Positions 8,138 through 18,852 of a stretch of 30,484 nt of DNA are shown one piece after another. The stretch is from contig CAZDXU010000137.1 in assembly GCA_964509585.1 (NCBI GenBank), positions 1-30,484 on the forward strand. The letters run 5' to 3'. Below the pieces are notes generated by a model. That model had not been told where the DNA came from. It did no database searches and saw nothing but the letters and a program-made list of their open reading frames with translations. Origin of the DNA: an uncultured Actinomycetota bacterium (GTDB lineage: Bacteria > Actinomycetota > Humimicrobiia > Humimicrobiales > Humimicrobiaceae). Every line of letters begins with the position of its first letter. Position 1 is the stretch's first letter. The position numbers and the translations under genes were made by a program.

Positions 8138-8894
8138 CCTAATGGAAAGAAGCATAATGCCGGTACTTGATATTGTCTATTCATCTAATAACAGACAGGT
8201 TCATTACTACCGGGAGACCCATAAAGGAAAAAAGTTTCTTTTCATACCTTCAATGGTAGATGTGTCTATATTCTATGAAACTACTGTAAGAAAAGAATAT
8301 TTGAAGGAAGCCATATCATGCAGATATCCAGTTATACCTGGAAGATGTGTATGGTTATTATTTACCGGGAGACTGCAAAAACAGAAAGCTCCTCTTCGGC
8401 TGGTGCAAGTATTCTACCAGTATCTGAAAGAATACAATTATGACGCGGCGCTTATCATAATCGGAGATGGTGACTTGAAGAATAGGCTGAATACCATGAT
8501 AAATGAGCTTGGACTGGCCGGCAGGGTATTTATCCTCCCACCAATTAGTCAAACTGAGCTTGCCGAATTCTACAGAGCCAGTGATGTCTTTTTACTGACC
8601 AGCAATTATGAAAATATGCCCTTCAGCGTTTTGGAAGCCCAGAGCTGCGGACTTCCTGTAGTATCTACCGATGCAGGCGAAGTGCGCAATGTGGTAAGGG
8701 GAGGCCTTTCAGGTATAGTGCTCAGAGATGCAGACGACAGGCAGCTGGCTGAAGCCGTCAATAAAATCCTGGTCGATAGAGAAATTTTCAGCTCCCTGAA
8801 CTGTGTAGAGTCTGTAAGCGGATACAGGCCCGGGAATGTCTTTAAGCCAGTGTATAAGCTGATAGAAAAGCATTGCAAAAAAGATTATTCATGA
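8138..8894 (+). pseudogene. 3' fragment of the interrupted GT4 glycosyltransferase
   Basis: Contains LFTGRLQKQK and the Ex7E motif YENMPFSVLEAQSCGLPVVST. In frame with the 5073 fragment when joined at AAT. The ORF-track start at 7974 lies in element DNA. Confidence 0.85.
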
Positions 8895-8902
8895 ATGATT
8901 TT

Positions 8903-10468
8903 TCAAGAAAATATCTTTGGAGAGATCTCTTTACAGTCAATGCCGGGAAAATTCTTTCTTATCACCCCGCACCTGTGATCCCTGGTCCAATTGATAAGCT
9001 GTTTTCTTTCCCTTCTATCAAGCCAGGCAGAGACTGTCCACCACAGCCAATTCAGCCATCTGCTGTCTAAGCATCTGAAGATAAAAGGCCTGGTGCACAT
9101 TTTTAGAAGGCACCTGTTCAGGTTATGGCTGTAAGCCCACAGGCAGACCCGGAAAAAACACCTGTCCAGGGCTACCATATTACTTCTATATGGAGACCTG
9201 AAAGCCGATCCCGCTTCTTCTGCCATTTTTGCTATCTCTGTGCCGGGAAAGAAGGTCATCGAATATAATGACAGCTGGAATGGATATCCGATCCTTTCCA
9301 GAAGTTTCAGAGTATCAAGCCTGTCCTCTGCCTTCTGGAATAATGGGTCTATGATGAAGTCGAATACTGGCGCCCTTATAGCCCCCCTGTACCCTGCCAG
9401 AAGGTTACCTGCCCTTACCAGCACTTCCGGATCATTATTCCTGTGGTAGATCTTCTGTATCCTCCTGCTGCCCGTCTGCATGCCTATCCATATATAGCGC
9501 AGTCCTGCCGGGACCAGCGCATCCATGCGCCTTTTATCCAGGGTAGACGGGCTTGAGCATGCAAAGAAGGGCAGGGAGACCTTATCCTTATACAGCATAG
9601 AGAATTCTTCAATACTTTCATGGGAGGCAGCAAAAAACGTATCATCCATGAATGCGACTTTGTCGATAAAAGGCATCTTTTCCCGCATATAGCATATCTC
9701 TTCGACAATCCGCCGGTTACTGTATCTGCGCACCCTGTTCCATCCATCATATATGCCGGAATAAAATGAATTGCAGCAGTATGCGCAGCTATGGGGGCAG
9801 CCGCGGGTAGCCAGGATATGATAGGCTGAGCCCTGTCCAAAACTGTATCCATCGCTCAGATGCCAGCAGGCCAGTGACGGTGTCAGCGATATGAGCTCTC
9901 CCTTATGCATTATAAAGCTGGTGCCGGTTTCATATAGGGGATACGGCAGACTGTCAAGGTCGCTTATGAATGGCCTTAAGGGGTTGATAACCGGCCTGCC
10001 CGAATCTTTGTCCATCCAGCAGAGATTGCGGACTTCCCGGCCGCTGCCTCCCCTCTCCAGCTTTTCTGCCAGCTCCAGCATGGCCAGCTCGCCTTCGCCG
10101 CGGCATACATAGTCTGCATGTCCGAGGCATTCTTCAGGAGAGACACTGGGATGGATACCCCCCCAGATGACAGGTACGTCTGAATTATTAGAGCGAAGAT
10201 GATCGGAAAGGACGGCAAGACGTTCAAAATGATTCGTGGCGCAGCTTATCCCTACAAGTCCTGCATCCCCGCATATCCCGCATAAGCTTCTAAGTATGTT
10301 TTCCGGATAGCTGCAGGCCTTTTCCAGTCCCGGCAAAGGTTCTATCTCTTCGGGAAAGGGCAAAAAGACCATGCATATCTCATGGCCGGCTTCCTTAAGG
10401 CAGGCGGCTATCTGGCGGAGACCGTAGGCTATCAGGCTCCCGTGAGGCGATATAAGGACGATCTTCAT
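8903..10468 (-). CDS. Cobalamin (B12)-binding radical SAM protein (class B methyltransferase-like)
   Basis: B12-domain motifs GLVGISCATNH, VIWGGIHPS and DYVCRGEGE. CxxxCxxC in TRGCPHSCAYCCN. FMDDTF, IGMQTGS, FFPGT. Likely start ATG 10468 (MKIVLISP); the ORF track extends it to 10537. Confidence 0.9.
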   Translation of the reverse strand: MKIVLISPHGSLIAYGLRQIAACLKEAGHEICMVFLPFPEEIEPLPGLEKACSYPENILRSLCGICGDAGLVGISCATNHFERLAVLSDHLRSNNSDVPVIWGGIHPSVSPEECLGHADYVCRGEGELAMLELAEKLERGGSGREVRNLCWMDKDSGRPVINPLRPFISDLDSLPYPLYETGTSFIMHKGELISLTPSLACWHLSDGYSFGQGSAYHILATRGCPHSCAYCCNSFYSGIYDGWNRVRRYSNRRIVEEICYMREKMPFIDKVAFMDDTFFAASHESIEEFSMLYKDKVSLPFFACSSPSTLDKRRMDALVPAGLRYIWIGMQTGSRRIQKIYHRNNDPEVLVRAGNLLAGYRGAIRAPVFDFIIDPLFQKAEDRLDTLKLLERIGYPFQLSLYSMTFFPGTEIAKMAEEAGSAFRSPYRSNMVALDRCFFRVCLWAYSHNLNRCLLKMCTRPFIFRCLDSRWLNWLWWTVSAWLDRRERKQLINWTRDHRCGVIRKNFPGIDCKEISPKIFS

Positions 10469-10694
10469 ATGGACCCAAACTATTGTTTTTCCGGCAATGA
10501 GCATAGGATAAAAGATTTTCCTGAAAATGTTAATCACTGATTATTGAATAAAAGGCTTTATTTTTATATTTCTTTATTTAAAATATAATCTGATCATAAA
10601 AAGGATAACAGGAGCCTATATCAGTATAACCGGGCAGATCGCAAAGAAATTTTCTTTAAAACCGCATAGTAGCAGCAAAACAGCATCGTCCTTT

Positions 10695-12275
10695 ATGCTC
10701 TGGGCTGTCTTTATATTCTTTATCCTTCTCTCATGCCTGTATGTAGCGGTTTTTAACAGGACGTCCATAGCCATTTACATATTTTCAGCAATATCATCTA
10801 TGATCCTGATATCATATTCTGCGGCAAGGCTCGAACAGGCTGCCTTATGGTTTATCTTTTCCATTCCCCTCTTCGGATCGGTTACCATCATCCTTAAGAC
10901 CCAGGATATTTATATAATATTTTTTTTATTTATAGCGCTTCTGGGAGGGATGCTGTTCTATTCCATCAGGAGCAGGGATTTCAGGTTCACGGCTATACCG
11001 GGGATCTATATTCCCGCATCCCTGTACATGATAATTACTACCATCTCATTCATCCCCCAATTATATAAGTTTTACTTCTCATTGATGCCCGAATATGGTC
11101 CGCGGGATATAGTAGACAATATATTTAATACCGATATTTATTTCAGCCTGAAGTTCTCAACTGTCTTTTATATCATATTCGTCTCAGGTTTTGTGGTGGC
11201 ATTTATAATGCTCAATCTGAAGACCGGAAGGGAATTCCTGGACAGGCTTTTCATGTTTCTATCGGCAAGCCTGCTGATAATAACAGGTTTCGGATCATAC
11301 CAGTTTTTTATAGATCCTTTTTGGGGAAATATCAGCTATACGGTGATCGGCGATAACAGGCAGGTAAATGCCTGCATGAGAGACCCCAATGCATTGGGAC
11401 AGTACCTGGCGATAGTATTCCCCGTATTTATAGGGTTCCTTCTTTATTATATAGCAAAAAGAAAGAAGGCATTTATAATTATTTCTTTGGCAGCCTGTTT
11501 TGCAATCCTTTTCCTGGCGGCTGTCTCAGGATCAAGGATAAGCATACTTTCGATAGTAATTACGATTATCATCTACTCCGTAATCGCATGCGAAAGGCTT
11601 ATAAGAAAAAAAGTCCTGAAACTGGAAAAGCCTTCTTTCAGGTCATACCTGGTCTCCGCGATAATAGTATCATCAATCCTGATATTATTATTCTTTTTAT
11701 CCATAAGTCTCCTGGGCATAATGGAATTAGATGAAAACTCGCCAATACTGCTTCTGAGGCTGCAGGAAAATGTCCGGCATCTGTCCGGTGAAGACCCCCT
11801 GTATTTTATTCTTCACGGGAGGATCAATCTATGGAGGCAGGCGGTAAACATGTTCCTGGACCACCCTTTCACCGGCATCGGCATCGGCCGGTATGGCCCC
11901 AATTTACAGGATTACAATATAAGGTTTTTGGGAAGAGAGGAATGGACTGATATAACTCCCAACAATTTTTATCTTCATATACTGGCGGAGTCAGGCATAT
12001 TCTCTCTTTTATTCTTCATATGGTTTCTGGCGGCGGTATTTATCTATTCCCTGCATTCCCTGAAGAAAATAGTAGACAAATCATCAAGACTGTTTTACCA
12101 TAGTCTGGTGCTGAGTTTCTCGGTATTTGCTGTTTCATTTATTGTAGGTTCTGGATTGATATACATGGAAGTCCAATTCATATTTTATACAGTCATAGGG
12201 CTTCTTCTAAACAAATGGCCTGTCAAAGACGATGGCGCCGGCACCAGGATCTGCCGGGAGCCCGGAGAGCAATAG
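10695..12275 (+). CDS. O-antigen ligase/Wzy_C-family polytopic membrane protein
   Basis: Many hydrophobic segments, [31 protein letters not shown] and [15 protein letters not shown]. Confidence 0.82.
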   Translation: MLWAVFIFFILLSCLYVAVFNRTSIAIYIFSAISSMILISYSAARLEQAALWFIFSIPLFGSVTIILKTQDIYIIFFLFIALLGGMLFYSIRSRDFRFTAIPGIYIPASLYMIITTISFIPQLYKFYFSLMPEYGPRDIVDNIFNTDIYFSLKFSTVFYIIFVSGFVVAFIMLNLKTGREFLDRLFMFLSASLLIITGFGSYQFFIDPFWGNISYTVIGDNRQVNACMRDPNALGQYLAIVFPVFIGFLLYYIAKRKKAFIIISLAACFAILFLAAVSGSRISILSIVITIIIYSVIACERLIRKKVLKLEKPSFRSYLVSAIIVSSILILLFFLSISLLGIMELDENSPILLLRLQENVRHLSGEDPLYFILHGRINLWRQAVNMFLDHPFTGIGIGRYGPNLQDYNIRFLGREEWTDITPNNFYLHILAESGIFSLLFFIWFLAAVFIYSLHSLKKIVDKSSRLFYHSLVLSFSVFAVSFIVGSGLIYMEVQFIFYTVIGLLLNKWPVKDDGAGTRICREPGEQ

Positions 12276-12306
12276 AAAGTCGCAGGAAGATGGAGGAGAA
12301 GCCAAT

Positions 12307-13266
12307 ATGAAAAAGACCTCCCTGGTCACAGGAGGAGCAGGCTTTATAGGAAGCCACCTCTGTGATTATCTGCTGGGTATAGATCATCGCGTAATATGCA
12401 TAGATAACCTTATCACCGGGCGTATGGAAAATATAGAGCACAACCTTGGCGATAAGGATTTCATCTTTATAGAGCATGATATCACCGGAGAAATAGAGAT
12501 CGATAGTGAAATCGGATGTATTTTCCATCTGGCTTCGCCCGCAAGTCCCATAGACTATATCAAATACCCCATACAAACATTAAAAGCCGGTTCTATGGGG
12601 ACATATAATATCCTTGAAATAGCCAGGAAAAATAATTCAGTTTTCATCCTGGCCTCTACATCTGAGATATACGGAGACCCCAAAGTCCATCCGCAGAAAG
12701 AGGATTATTGGGGCAATGTAAACCCGGTAGGCCCCAGGGGAGTATATGACGAGGCAAAGAGATTTGCCGAAGCGATGACCATGGCCTATCGCAGGCAGCA
12801 TGGACTCAGGACCCATATTGCCAGGATATTCAATACCTATGGACCCAGGATGAGGAAAGGAGACGGCAGGGCTATACCCACATTCCTTAACCAGGTCCTG
12901 GAAAAAAAGGACATCACAGTATTCGGGGACGGCAGCCAGACCAGGAGCTTCTGCTATGTCACAGATACCATCGAAGCATTATACCGCCTTGCCCTGTCGC
13001 CATATCATCTGCCTGTGAATATAGGCAATCCTGAGGAGATGAATATACTGGAAGTTGTAAACAGCATAAAGGCGATCTATAAGAGCGGCAGCCGGGTGGT
13101 ATTTAAGGAATTGCCAGTCGATGATCCTACAGTGAGATGCCCGGATATCTCTACAGCAGCAAGGATCCTGGGCTGGAAACCCCTGGTATCATTCCGTGAA
13201 GGTATCGAGAAGACCTATAAATGGTTTAAGAAAAGCCAGCTGGTATGGGAAGAAGATCCGTGTTAG
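12307..13266 (+). CDS. UDP-glucuronate decarboxylase (UXS)-like extended SDR
   Basis: [54 protein letters not shown]. Start revised to ATG 12307, which follows a GGAGG RBS (319 aa). Confidence 0.9.
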   Translation: MKKTSLVTGGAGFIGSHLCDYLLGIDHRVICIDNLITGRMENIEHNLGDKDFIFIEHDITGEIEIDSEIGCIFHLASPASPIDYIKYPIQTLKAGSMGTYNILEIARKNNSVFILASTSEIYGDPKVHPQKEDYWGNVNPVGPRGVYDEAKRFAEAMTMAYRRQHGLRTHIARIFNTYGPRMRKGDGRAIPTFLNQVLEKKDITVFGDGSQTRSFCYVTDTIEALYRLALSPYHLPVNIGNPEEMNILEVVNSIKAIYKSGSRVVFKELPVDDPTVRCPDISTAARILGWKPLVSFREGIEKTYKWFKKSQLVWEEDPC

Positions 13267-13811
13267 AGAAATTCCTGCGCAATATGAGAATAAAAAAAGT
13301 CCTGCCCCATATAGGGGAAGGCAAGATCGTCTGCGACCTTGGCTGCGGGAATGGAGAATTACTTGGAAGGCTGGGGGGAATAATAGAAAAAGGAATAGGC
13401 ATAGATAAAAGGCCGTCCAAAAATAGTGTTGGGGAAAATATCGAACTGATAAAGGGCGACCTGACGTCCGGGCTTCCTGTCGAAGACGGATTTTGCGACG
13501 TAGTAACTATTCTTGCCGTAATAGAACATTTGGAAGAACCGCAAAAACTGATAAAGGAAGTCTTCAGGATCCTTAAGGACGGGGGAATAGCAATAATAAC
13601 GACACCCGCCCCGGCCGCTAAAAGGATCCTTGAGTTTATGGCATTCAGGCTTAATATAATAGATAAATGCCATATAAGAGAGCATAAAAAGTATTTTACC
13701 AGAAAAGATCTGGCCAGGCTTCTGGAAAACAGTAACCTGTGTATTGTAAGTTTCGATCGTTTCGAGTTCTTTATGAATAGCCTCGCAATAGCAAGAAAAC
13801 CTGGAAAATAA
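13245..13811 (+). CDS. Class I SAM-dependent methyltransferase (small, type 11-like)
   Basis: [37 protein letters not shown]. Confidence 0.88.
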   Translation: MGRRSVLEKFLRNMRIKKVLPHIGEGKIVCDLGCGNGELLGRLGGIIEKGIGIDKRPSKNSVGENIELIKGDLTSGLPVEDGFCDVVTILAVIEHLEEPQKLIKEVFRILKDGGIAIITTPAPAAKRILEFMAFRLNIIDKCHIREHKKYFTRKDLARLLENSNLCIVSFDRFEFFMNSLAIARKPGK

Positions 13812-13812
13812 T

Positions 13813-14514
13813 ATGAGATTATCAATAATCATCCCGGTATATAATGAAGCAAATACAATAGAGAAGCTAGTCAAGAAAGTCAGGGATGCCGAGCTTGTAG
13901 GAATAGAGAAAGAAATAATAGTCATCGACGACTGTTCTGACGACGGGACGGCCGGATTATTGAAACAGAAGATCGAAGGCGGGGTAAGCAGGGTAATCTA
14001 TAAAGAAAAAAATGAGGGCAAAGGCTCAGCGGTCAGGCTTGGTATCAAACATTCCAGCGGAGACATAATCATAATACAGGATGCTGACCTTGAATATGAC
14101 CCTTCCGAATATAGCAGGCTTATCAGTCCTATACTGGAAGGCAGGGCAGATGTGGTATACGGCTCCCGGTTTATAAGCAGCTCTCCCCGCAGAGTACACC
14201 TGTACTGGCATTCAGCAGGAAACAGGTTAGTCACCACTCTTTCAAATGTGTTTACCAATCTGAACCTTACCGATATGGAGACATGCTATAAGGCTTTCAG
14301 GGCCGAATTCATAAAACCGGTAGACCTTAAAGAAAATGGCTTTGGAATAGAACCGGAGATAACTGCGAAAGTAGCTCGCAGCAAAGCCAGAATATATGAA
14401 GTAGGGATATCGTATTTTGGCAGGGATTATGAAGAAGGAAAAAAAATAAACTGGAAAGACGGCATAAAGACAATTTTTGTCATAATCAAATATGGGATCT
14501 TTAAAAACAAATAA
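13813..14514 (+). CDS. GT2 glycosyltransferase, polyprenol-phosphate glycosyltransferase (DPM synthase-like)
   Basis: LSIIIPVYNE, IDDCSDDGT, NEGKGSAVR, QDADLEYDP, VYGSRF, DMETCYK, GFGIEPEIT. Confidence 0.92.
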   Translation: MRLSIIIPVYNEANTIEKLVKKVRDAELVGIEKEIIVIDDCSDDGTAGLLKQKIEGGVSRVIYKEKNEGKGSAVRLGIKHSSGDIIIIQDADLEYDPSEYSRLISPILEGRADVVYGSRFISSSPRRVHLYWHSAGNRLVTTLSNVFTNLNLTDMETCYKAFRAEFIKPVDLKENGFGIEPEITAKVARSKARIYEVGISYFGRDYEEGKKINWKDGIKTIFVIIKYGIFKNK

Positions 14515-16525
14515 AGCTGCTCAGCTGATTGATAAATATCATCCCTACCTTTTATCTGTCATCTTTTTTGCAATTGCCGCATTGCTGGCCTTAAGGCACG
14601 AGCCGAATTCCGAAGAAATACATGCATGGAATATCGTATCGACCTATGACAGCTTTCCCGGCTTTATCAGTTTCATGAGATTTGAGGACCCTGCTTCAGC
14701 CGTAAGCCAGGGGCATCCCCTTTTATGGTATGTATTGCTATATTTCATAAACCATTATATCTCAGGCAGTATTATAGCCATGATCCTTACCCATGTTATC
14801 ATCTCAGCCTTAACTGTCTTTTTGATACTTAAGTACTCTCCATTCAATCTTTATATCAGGTTTTTATGGATATTCGGATACTACCAGTTTTATAACTACT
14901 CACTTATCATAAGGAATTATAGTATCGGCATCCTTTTTCTGATACTTTTTTGCGTTTTTTACCGTGTCAGGACCAAAAATCTAATATTATGTTCCGTGAT
15001 CCTTTTTATAATGTCCCAGGCAAATCTTTTTTCATTCATACTTGCAGCCATACTCTTCTTTATGATGATCTTCGATATTATAATGCAAAGGAGGTCGCTT
15101 TCCCGGAAAGATGCCATTTATGCCGGATCGGTTTCTTCTGTGTTTTTTCTGGGAAGTGTAGCATTCATATACTGGGTGCTCTATTACCAGATCTTCAATA
15201 ATACATTCGGGGAGAATATAAATACCATTTTTGCTAAAACACCGGGGGAATATTACAGTTCGCTGCTTGTGGGGCTGAGGGGTATCGTAAGGGCATTTCT
15301 TCCCATAAACCAGTTCACCATAAAATTCTGGGAAAATAATGTCATAACCGGCTTTCTGGAAGCTCATGGGGCCTTCTTATTGATACCGGCATCAATAATA
15401 TTGCTTATATTAAGCGCCTTCATCCTGGGAAAAAGATATATATATTTTTATATATTTTCCGTTTCGGCCATGCTTCTGGTGCCAGTATTGATATACCCGA
15501 AACTATTTGACAGGCATTACGGGCATTTTCTATATATATTCCTGGTCCTGGTCTGGCTGTCAAGAAAGGCCCGCTGCCGTGAACCGCTGCTTTTCTTTTC
15601 ACCCGGAGCAAGGCAGGTATTTGCTTCAGCTTTCCTGACCGCAATAATGCTGTTATCATTTATAAACTCGGCAGTCTGCAGCTGGTATGAATATAAATAT
15701 GTGTTTTCACACGAAAAGCTGGTACCGGAGTATGCAGCCGGCAAAGGCGAAGATGTCCTTGTCATATCGGATAAATTCGATATAGCCGATGCAGTAGGAG
15801 GATATCTGGACCAGTATTCATATAATACTGTCCTGGGTGAATATATAAAAATACCGCCATGGTCCCGGCCTGCCCGGGTCATTGATGACAGGTATATTTT
15901 CAGGGATTCTATGGGATTGATAAAGGAAGGCTTAAACGCCGTACTTGCTACAAGCAAGTCAGGCCTTTCAGATTATAAAGACATCGAGGTCTATCAGGCC
16001 GATGACTGCTATATGGTATTTAAAAGGACTTATTTTCTGGATAATAAAGAAGTGATATCAAATGACCTGGACCTCCATATCTATGAGCCTCTGTTATCAT
16101 ATGAAATTGTTGAAAGCATCAGGTTTGATGCTGAGGATATAGCCGAAAACTGGGAAGCCGTAAATGACTGCAGAATGTCAATAAAAGAAAACGGGGTCTT
16201 TATCGATGTCCTTGGGAAAGACCCGCAGATAGAGAGCCGTTTTGAAATACAGTGGATGGATGATAACCCTCTGCTCCTGGTCATAGATATAGACTGCGAA
16301 GAAGATTCAGCCCTGAAAATATACCTGGATTCCGGGGGGAGCGGATATTCGGAAGCCGGCAGCAGATCCTTTGTACTCCGGGAAGGAAAGAACCAGGCAT
16401 CATTTATATTAGAAAATGATCCCGGACTCAGTACTATCCGCATAGATCCTGTAAATCTGGAGACCGACTGTATTATCTATGGTTTAAACATATTCAATAT
16501 TACCGGCAGCCGTAAATATAATTAA
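14492..16525 (+). CDS. Polytopic membrane protein, GT-C-like, with C-terminal soluble beta-rich domain
   Basis: An acidic motif after TM1 (HEPNSEEIHAW, 14597-14629), then GHPLLWY, many TM segments and a C-terminal domain ending IRIDP. Overlaps the GT2 stop. Confidence 0.6.
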   Translation: MGSLKTNKAAQLIDKYHPYLLSVIFFAIAALLALRHEPNSEEIHAWNIVSTYDSFPGFISFMRFEDPASAVSQGHPLLWYVLLYFINHYISGSIIAMILTHVIISALTVFLILKYSPFNLYIRFLWIFGYYQFYNYSLIIRNYSIGILFLILFCVFYRVRTKNLILCSVILFIMSQANLFSFILAAILFFMMIFDIIMQRRSLSRKDAIYAGSVSSVFFLGSVAFIYWVLYYQIFNNTFGENINTIFAKTPGEYYSSLLVGLRGIVRAFLPINQFTIKFWENNVITGFLEAHGAFLLIPASIILLILSAFILGKRYIYFYIFSVSAMLLVPVLIYPKLFDRHYGHFLYIFLVLVWLSRKARCREPLLFFSPGARQVFASAFLTAIMLLSFINSAVCSWYEYKYVFSHEKLVPEYAAGKGEDVLVISDKFDIADAVGGYLDQYSYNTVLGEYIKIPPWSRPARVIDDRYIFRDSMGLIKEGLNAVLATSKSGLSDYKDIEVYQADDCYMVFKRTYFLDNKEVISNDLDLHIYEPLLSYEIVESIRFDAEDIAENWEAVNDCRMSIKENGVFIDVLGKDPQIESRFEIQWMDDNPLLLVIDIDCEEDSALKIYLDSGGSGYSEAGSRSFVLREGKNQASFILENDPGLSTIRIDPVNLETDCIIYGLNIFNITGSRKYN

Positions 16526-16557
16526 AAAATTAGAATATATCAATGAAAGACTGGCCC

Positions 16558-17545
16558 TTAGCGGACAGGTCTTAACATTTCCATAAGGCCGGCCCTGAAT
16601 CCGGCAACCGGCTTATAGCCGAGGTCCCGGGTGATCTTTTCTATGGAGGCAAGGCTATGCCTGACATCGCCTATTCTTTCATCTTTATAGTCTACGGGTA
16701 TCTCTTTCCCGAAATGTCCTGAAAGTATGCGGATAATCTCATTGAGACTGATATTGCTTCCGCAGGCTACATTATAGAAATTGCCGAAGATCTTTTTATT
16801 ATCCGAGAATGCGGCCAGGTAATTTGCATAGACAACATTATCGATATAGGTAAAATCACGGCTCTGCTCTCCGCCCCCATATATTACCGGCGGGATCCCC
16901 CCGGATATATTTTTTAAGAATCTTGGTATTACGGCAGAATATATGGAGTCCGGATCCTGCCGTTTGCCAAATACATTGAAGTAGCGCAGGGAAACAGTCT
17001 GCAGCCCATACAGGCCATAATACAGCCTGCAGTAATACTCTGCAGCCAGTTTTGTCACCGCATAGATAGATTTTGGGTTTGGAGGCATCAACTCTTCCTT
17101 GGGCAGCTTTTCGGAATCACCATATATGGAAGAGGATGAAGCATAAATAAACCTTTTTACGCCATTTTCGGCAGAAGCTTTCAGCATATTCAGGGTCCCG
17201 TCGGTATTGGCTGAATTAGAGTCGATCGGTTTTTCGATAGATCTTTGTACGGATCCTAAAGCAGCCTGGTGCAGTACAATATCTATATCCCTGGTACAGG
17301 CAAGACAGTCATCAAGATACCGTATGTCCTTATCCATGAAAACAAAGTCAATATTGCTGTTTTGAATGCGGGCATCTGATAATGCCTCATCTATATTTTT
17401 CATGGAACCTGTTGAAAGATTGTCCATTCCCCTGACCGCCAGGCCTTTTTTCAAAAAACTCAACCAGGTTAGATCCAATAAAACCGGCACATCCGGTTAT
17501 AAGAATTCCGGGTTTTCCATCGGCTTTTAGTTTTGCGGGGTCCAA
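16558..17545 (-). pseudogene. Frameshifted UDP-GlcNAc 4-epimerase-like SDR (WbpP/TviC-like)
   Basis: TTG 17545, 8 nt after a GGAGG RBS, encodes ILITGCAGFIGSNLVEFF. The catalytic part (HQAALGSV, ASSSSIYG, YAVTK, LRYFNVFG) is in the +1 frame. The shift falls in G-T6-G-A6 at 17446-17458. The first frame stops at 17387-17389. Confidence 0.85.
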
Positions 17546-17547
17546 TC

Positions 17548-18852
17548 CTACAGCCTCCAGTACCTGTATCCCAGGTTTTCAGCATATTCCCTGTCAAAGA
17601 TCCATTTGACATCGAATAAATAATGATTATCTTCTCTCATCCTTGCCTTAAGCCCGGCCAGGTCGAGCTTTTTAAATCCATCATGAGCCACACAGAAAAC
17701 TGCTGCATCTATGTCATGGATATCATCATACTCAATAAGTGATAAACCATAATGCTCCCCTACTTCACGCCTGTTTGCAACAGGGTCGCATATGTACACT
17801 TCAGCGCCCTTTTTTGTCAAATAATTATATATATCTATGACTTTTGAATTCCTTGAATCCTTTACATTTTCCTTGAAAGTGATGCCGAAAAGGACGATCC
17901 TGGGCTTTTTATCTCTTGCCCTGCGTCCTGAAAGGGCATCCATCACCTGCATTCCGATGAAAGAGCCCATAGTGTCATTTATTTTTCTTCCCGCATTTAT
18001 GACTTCAGGATCGTGACCGGTTCTTTTTGATAAATACGTAAGATAATAGGGATCCACGCCTATACAGTGTCCTCCTACCAGCCCCGGGACAAAATGCAGA
18101 AAATTCCATTTTGTGCCTGCTGCCCTGAGTACATCACTTGTATCTATGCCGACTTTTGAAAATATCATGGCAAGTTCGTTAATAAGGGCCACATTTATAT
18201 CCCTCTGGGTATTTTCTATCACCTTTGCCGCTTCTGCCACCTTTATGCTGGAAGCCCTGAAAGTGCCGGCTTTTATTATACTGCTGTAGACCTTATCTAT
18301 CACATCAAGCGATCCTTCTGTCTGGGCAGATACCACTTTTATTATGTCTTCCAGCGTATGGACCCTGTCGCCTGGATTTATCCTCTCGGGAGAATACCCC
18401 ACAAAAAAATCTTCCAGGTTTTTCATGCCCGACTTTTCTTCCAATAATGGAACGCATATGTCTTCGGTCACCCCGGGGTATACAGTTGATTCATAGACTA
18501 CTATAGATCCTTCCGGCATGTTCTCTGCCACCAGGGAAGTGGCCTGTTTTACCATTCCGAGATCTGGCTCCTTATCACTGTTTATGGGAGTAGGCACTGC
18601 GATAATAAAGAAATGAGCTTCTTTAAGCAGCAGAGGATCGCCTGTAAGGATCGCATCCAGGGATTCAAAGTCATCTTTTTCTACCTCGTTATTCTCATCC
18701 AGCCCTTTTTTGAGGTTCAGGATCTTCTCTTCATTAGTATCAAAACCGATCACGTCAAAATGCTTTCCGAGGCTTAGAAAAAGCGGCAAGCCTACATAGC
18801 CGAGGCCTACTACGGCTATTTTCTTTTCCCTGGACCTTAACCCTTTATACAT
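17548..18852 (-). CDS. UDP-N-acetylhexosamine 6-dehydrogenase (WbpO/TviB-like nucleotide sugar dehydrogenase)
   Basis: VVGLGYVGLPL, ESTVYPG, YSPERINPG, AKVIENTQRD, catalytic GGHCIGVDPYYL, GITFKEN. Confidence 0.93.
   Translation of the reverse strand: MYKGLRSREKKIAVVGLGYVGLPLFLSLGKHFDVIGFDTNEEKILNLKKGLDENNEVEKDDFESLDAILTGDPLLLKEAHFFIIAVPTPINSDKEPDLGMVKQATSLVAENMPEGSIVVYESTVYPGVTEDICVPLLEEKSGMKNLEDFFVGYSPERINPGDRVHTLEDIIKVVSAQTEGSLDVIDKVYSSIIKAGTFRASSIKVAEAAKVIENTQRDINVALINELAMIFSKVGIDTSDVLRAAGTKWNFLHFVPGLVGGHCIGVDPYYLTYLSKRTGHDPEVINAGRKINDTMGSFIGMQVMDALSGRRARDKKPRIVLFGITFKENVKDSRNSKVIDIYNYLTKKGAEVYICDPVANRREVGEHYGLSLIEYDDIHDIDAAVFCVAHDGFKKLDLAGLKARMREDNHYLFDVKWIFDREYAENLGYRYWRL

Noticed and set aside
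17445-17451. A-AAA-AAG slippery heptamer (minus strand) as a programmed -1 frameshift
   Set aside because: The shift needed to reach the catalytic frame is +1/-2, not -1.
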